In this document: piece after piece, positions 58,801 to 64,000 of the stretch
Layout of the letters: each line of letters begins with the position of its first letter
How positions within the stretch are numbered: position 1 is the first letter of the stretch
Assembly (NCBI RefSeq): GCF_009914755.1
Contig: NC_060925.1
Length of the DNA stretch: 64,000 nucleotides
Strand: one strand, 5' to 3'
From: the human T2T-CHM13v2.0 reference genome, Homo sapiens
Notes under the pieces: model-generated
The model's database searches: none
Told to the model about the DNA's origin: nothing
Seen by the model: the letters and a program-made list of their open reading frames with translations, nothing else
Made by a program: the position numbers and the translations under genes

Positions 58801-61174
58801 AAATTAAAATAATCATATTTCAGAATATCACTGCAAAGATTAAATATATAGAATTGAGCAATAATTTAAAAATTATTACGTATATGAAAAATTGCCTAGC
58901 ACAGACAGTTCTTGGCAATAACAGAAGCTCATTAAATGTTAATTTCTTTCCTCTAAGAAGTTGTACATAGACAGAATGCATCCTAGTAGATTTTTATTTG
59001 TGGATCAAATGAAGACGTAACTCCATGAAAGGGTCTGATCATAACATACACACTTTTTGGAACATTTAGCCTTTTTTTCCCTATGAATCTGAACTTTGAG
59101 GAAGTATTATTTCACGCTAAATAACATTCATCCACATTCCTACAGCAAAACTGTACAACTCAGGTGCCAACTAATTTCTTCCATCAAAAAATATGACCAG
59201 TGGAGCAGGTTGTAGGGGATTATGATCCAGTTGGTTAAGAGTCACAGTCAAAAAAGATGAATCAAGGCCAAAAATTAATTGGCATGCTCTTTTACAGACA
59301 ATGAAGAAAGAACATGAAAAGAATAAAGCTTGGTTTCATGTGCTCAAGAGTTCACAGCTAGTTAAGACAGGAAAAGTCTCATATATGAAGACTCAGAGAA
59401 CAAGTGGAGAACAGACCATCAGTGCAAAAAATCTGCAGAAGAGGTGGAGGTGAGCATGGCTGGGGGCAAATGAGTGCAGAAGAGGGAGGTGAGAGGTGAG
59501 CAAGGCTGGGGCAAATAAGGGAATTGGGGGCTGCTGGCTCCACACAGCACTGTCGGACTGCGTGAAGAACTGATGGCAGACGCACGACCTTGGCCTTCTG
59601 GAGGACCGCGGCAATCCTTAGTACTTTGCCGACGCTGCAATGTAATCCCACCTTTCCCAGAGTTCTCCATCCCCTGCTGCCAGATCCCTGCCGCACAAAT
59701 TCGCTTGTATGAAGCTCCTGGCTACTTTATAAGTATACTTTATAAGAGAAAATACAGACACACAGACACCTTCCTCCCCCAATATATGCAGACAGTATGA
59801 AGCGTCATAGTGTTCCGGCCTCAAAAATAAAATTAGGAGGAAAGCCTGTGGCACAGCAAACGTCTCCCCAGCCTCCCACCTGACCCTACCCTTCCAGGTC
59901 ACTGCCTCAGGAGATAAAATCACCCAGGAGGCCCTGTTTAAACTCAATTCTAAGTTAAGGCCTGAAAGGATCCATACACTGTCCAACTCTTTTTCATGCC
60001 AAAATTAATATAGTAAACATATCTTTGTTTCAGCAATCAAAACCTGGCAATTTGCCATGTCAACCCCCATTCCACAGCCACGTGTCTGAAGAACATATGC
60101 TTTCAGAATGGCGTTTATGATCTCAATGCCATCTTGCTGCAAGCCTTCCAGCTAGGATGTTCCCTGTAGTTGAAATAAACGGAAAGGAAGTTTCTGAGTT
60201 GAAGTAAACCGAAAGGAAGGAGGGTCACAGCCCCGCGGCACAGTTCCCAGGATGACTGCTGTACCACTCACAAAATGAGCCTTTTGACTGACTCCAGCAG
60301 CAGGACGGGACTGTCGTTTCACGAGGTGAGCTACGGGCAGACAGATGTATCCGAATCGCATTAATTGGAACATCTTGTCACAGGATAAGAGAATTTCCAT
60401 TTCTCTGCGGATGCCTGTATGCTACACATGGTATCTGGCAGGTGTGAGAACCTCGTCTTTGATTGCCTATATTCCCAATCTCCTTTCTTTGCCTATTTTC
60501 CTGCTGCAAAGCAATTACGGCTGAAAATCAGTCTGCAACATGCGCTCATCCATATTCAACTCTTTCCACTTCAGGCAAATCTTGCCCAGAAAAAAAATAA
60601 TAAAAGAGAGAGACTTATAAATCCAGATTTGTCTTTTATTTTGATCCTCTGATTGTCCAGGTGTTTACTTGTTGATAATCCACCATTTTCTCCACATCAA
60701 AATAAATATTCTAAAGATGCAGCTCTAAACAACTAAAGCATGTACCTGTCTTAAGTGACAAGGAGGGATGACACACCTACAAAACTTTCAATAAATCGAA
60801 CCAACAGATGGGAGCAGCCAGAACCAGTTGAAAGTGCAAATGACGGAGCATTTAAAAAATATACAGTGTCATTGATTTTAAGTATGTTGAAGAAAAAAAT
60901 TTAAGAAACAGTACCTGGGACTTATACCAACAGGCCAAGGTTAAAATTGGGTTGAAGAGGAGACAGGGCTTCCTCCTGGAAGTCCTTCAAGTTATCATTT
61001 CACATTGGATTTGCCAATCAGCTTTTCAGATCTTATCTGATAATTATTGAAAGCCACAGGCAGGGACTAGAATTTTGAGATGTTTCTCAAATTTTCAGAT
61101 GAAAGCTGTTTACCTGGCCCTTAAGGAGATTTTAAACTTATTTTAATCAGTATTCAAAAGACACAACAGGATGA

Positions 61175-61678
<504 letters not shown>

Positions 61679-62205
61679 TTTTATTTTATTATCATCATTT
61701 AGTTATGAAAGCCAAAGCTGAGACAAATTCTCTGTACTCTTAATGGCATAACTGAGCGTTGATTTCATATGAGGACACAAAGAGCTTCCTCATCGTTTTT
61801 TATGGCTTCAGAGAATTCCCTTGAATGGATGTAGCATAATTTATATAACCAGTTCCCTACAGATAGACATTTAGGTTATCTCCATTGTATTCCTATTACA
61901 AACAAGGTTGCAATAAATAACCTTACACATAGGTCATTTCATGTATTAGCTAAAGTATCATGTATTAGCTAAATTCCTATAAATGTAATTGCTGAGTCAA
62001 AGGATATATGAATTTATAATTTTGAAAGATATTACCTTCATATATACATATCTGTATCTATATAGTACCTGTTTCCCTATACCCTTGCCAATACAAGGTG
62101 TTAACATTCTGCTGTTTGCCAATCTGATAGGTTAAAAGTGACATTTCAGTATCATATTCATTTGCACTGCTCTTATTATGAATGAGCTGAGGAGCTTTTC
62201 ATCTG

Positions 62206-62616
62206 TGTCATAGGAAGCTCACCCCTGAGGACAGCATCACCTGGACTCCCTCCTCTGATAACTTCTGGGAGGCACTAGCAGGAGGTTAGCAGGTGGAAGG
62301 AGAGATATCTTTCCCATTTCCATCCTGCTTCAAGGACATATTTCTCACAGTGGCTACATCCTCCATGATCACAGCCTTCTTCGGATGACCCATCTTTCCT
62401 GCTCCGGCAATGCCGTTCTCTCTCTTTGTCCCTGCCTTCAATCCCAGGGATAGTAATAGCTTCCCACATTTGCAGGTCTCCGAGCGTCACAATGTCATTC
62501 CCTTTTTGTCCCCAAAATCCTGCCCTCACCTCTGTAAGTTGCCCCATTTGGGGAGAAGAAGCATTTGTGGAGAAACCTGTTTGCTATTGCTTTGTTTTCC
62601 TGAGACACTAACAAAC
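62206..62616. mobile_element. ERVL-type LTR (LTR33-like)
   Basis: TG...gggaggcactagcaggaggttagcaggtggaaggagaga...tgctttgttttcctgagacactaacaaaCA interrupting the L1ME. Confidence 0.6.
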
Positions 62617-62697
62617 ATATCTCCTGCCTATTTTTCTACTGGTTTGTTGGTCTTTTCATATTGATTTGTAGTTGTAGCAACTCCTTATTCATCAGAG

Positions 62698-62919
62698 CAA
62701 GAGTTGGCAAACTTTTCTGTGAAGTGCCAGATAATAAATACTGTTGGTTTTGTGGACCATAAGGTCCCTGTTGCAGCTATTCAATTCTGCCACCATAGGG
62801 TGAAAGCAGCCACAAACAATATGCAAACAAATGAGTGTGGCTGTGTTCTAATAAAACTTGATTGATAAAAACAGGCAGCAGGCCAGATATGGGCCTTGGG
62901 CTGTAGTTCCCAACCCCAG
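62698..62919 (-). mobile_element. MER58A-like hAT-Charlie DNA element
   Basis: gttggcaaacttttctgtgaag...aaagcagccacaaacaatatg...tggctgtgttctaataaaactt...ggctgtagttcccaacccc. Confidence 0.9.
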
Positions 62920-64000
62920 CATTAGGGAAATTATCTTTTCTCTGAGATATAAGCTGCAACTATTTTTCTCCCAGTTTAGTTTTTTACTTGTCTTATAGTG
63001 GCTTTGCCATGCAGAGTTTTAAAGATCTCTTATTTTACGTAGTGGAATTTATCCGTAATTTATGGCTTCTAGTTTTTATGTCAGAGGGAAAGCAAAGAGT
63101 TAGTAAAACCACAGGAAACTCAAAGAGGAAAGACTGTACCTTAAGCTAGTCAGACCATGCTACCACCAAGAGTCTTCTTAATGAGACAACTACTCATCCT
63201 TCTAAGACAGAATTATCAAAAACTCTTTCTTAAAAAGCAAACGAACAAATGAAAACTTTCGACGGAAGGCTGAGACACAAAATGGAGCGAGCATCCTGGT
63301 GGGAGCCAGGACGTACCTATCCACATGTGCCTCGGGTAACTCTCAGGCCACTGTATTCTAGACGTTAAAAAACACTTCTCGACACAAATACGAATCCTAT
63401 CAAAAGAAAATTAGAAAAGTGTTTTCTAGGTGATCGCTGTATAAAAATTTCACAAATCACCCATTCTATCAGGCTTTGCCTAGCTCCAACATCTTTCCGA
63501 CATCAGTGACATGGGGGCATCTGTTAGAGTTCTTACAACTAGGGGATCTCTCGGGATTTCCACTTCATACTCATTCTTCTGTTCCTGCATGACTGTGCTC
63601 CAGGGTCTAAAGGCTCCTAGCCTTAGTTTGTAATGAATTTAGTTTTTGCATTCTATAAATTTAAAACAAATATCTTTGTGGAAATTTTGTAAGTAGAAAC
63701 AGGGAAAGTAAAATGTTGCCAATTAAAATACATGTTATTTGCATAAAATAGGCAAGACTTTCAGGAAAAAAACACTGGGGAAAGGATGGGAAAAAGAACA
63801 AACAAATAAACAAAAATTGGCCGTTCAAGTCTCTACCAGAGTTTAATATTTTAAAGTCACAATTTCCTTTCCTTGTTTTCTCCTACCATGGAGAAGCAGA
63901 CACAGTTATAAGTGAAGGAACAAAACATAGACCGTGGAAATTTGGAGGTTTCAGCATGGATTTGCATCCTAAAAAATACAAATAGCAATGTGTAATAACA

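Overview
Primate (almost certainly human) non-coding genomic DNA, most likely the interior of a very long intron or an intergenic stretch. I found no recognisable protein-coding exon, RNA gene, CRISPR array or prokaryotic system. The listed ORFs are Alu, L1, Tigger or VNTR translations, or random short frames. Much of the window is interspersed repeat: about 20 Alu/FLAM copies, many MIR and L2 fragments, old L1M pieces, MLT1/LTR16/MER39/LTR33-type LTRs, MER5/MER20/MER58 and a 3'-truncated Tigger1. Subfamily names come from recalled consensus sequences, not from a search. The unusual property is the density of tandem repeats. There are two large minisatellites (24 bp x 75+, cut by the window start; 32 bp x ~52), small arrays of 67, 47, 53, 37 and 134 bp, and several two-copy micro-duplications, many born inside old transposons. 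The best leads are: (1) the L2-derived 24-bp array, with higher-order blocks, AT->GC drift and a stop-free Kozak-ATG frame on the minus strand; (2) the 32-bp array, where one base toggles about 20 perfect ETS sites and every unit is a minus-strand 3' splice-site mimic; (3) a CAG|GTAAGG recursive-splice-like site; (4) an Alu whose target-site duplication (TSD) encloses 49 extra 5' bases; (5) a trimeric Alu near a strong CTCF motif; (6) a close inverted Alu pair; (7) a dispersed ~160-bp duplication. None of these demonstrates a new biological system; they are testable hypotheses.
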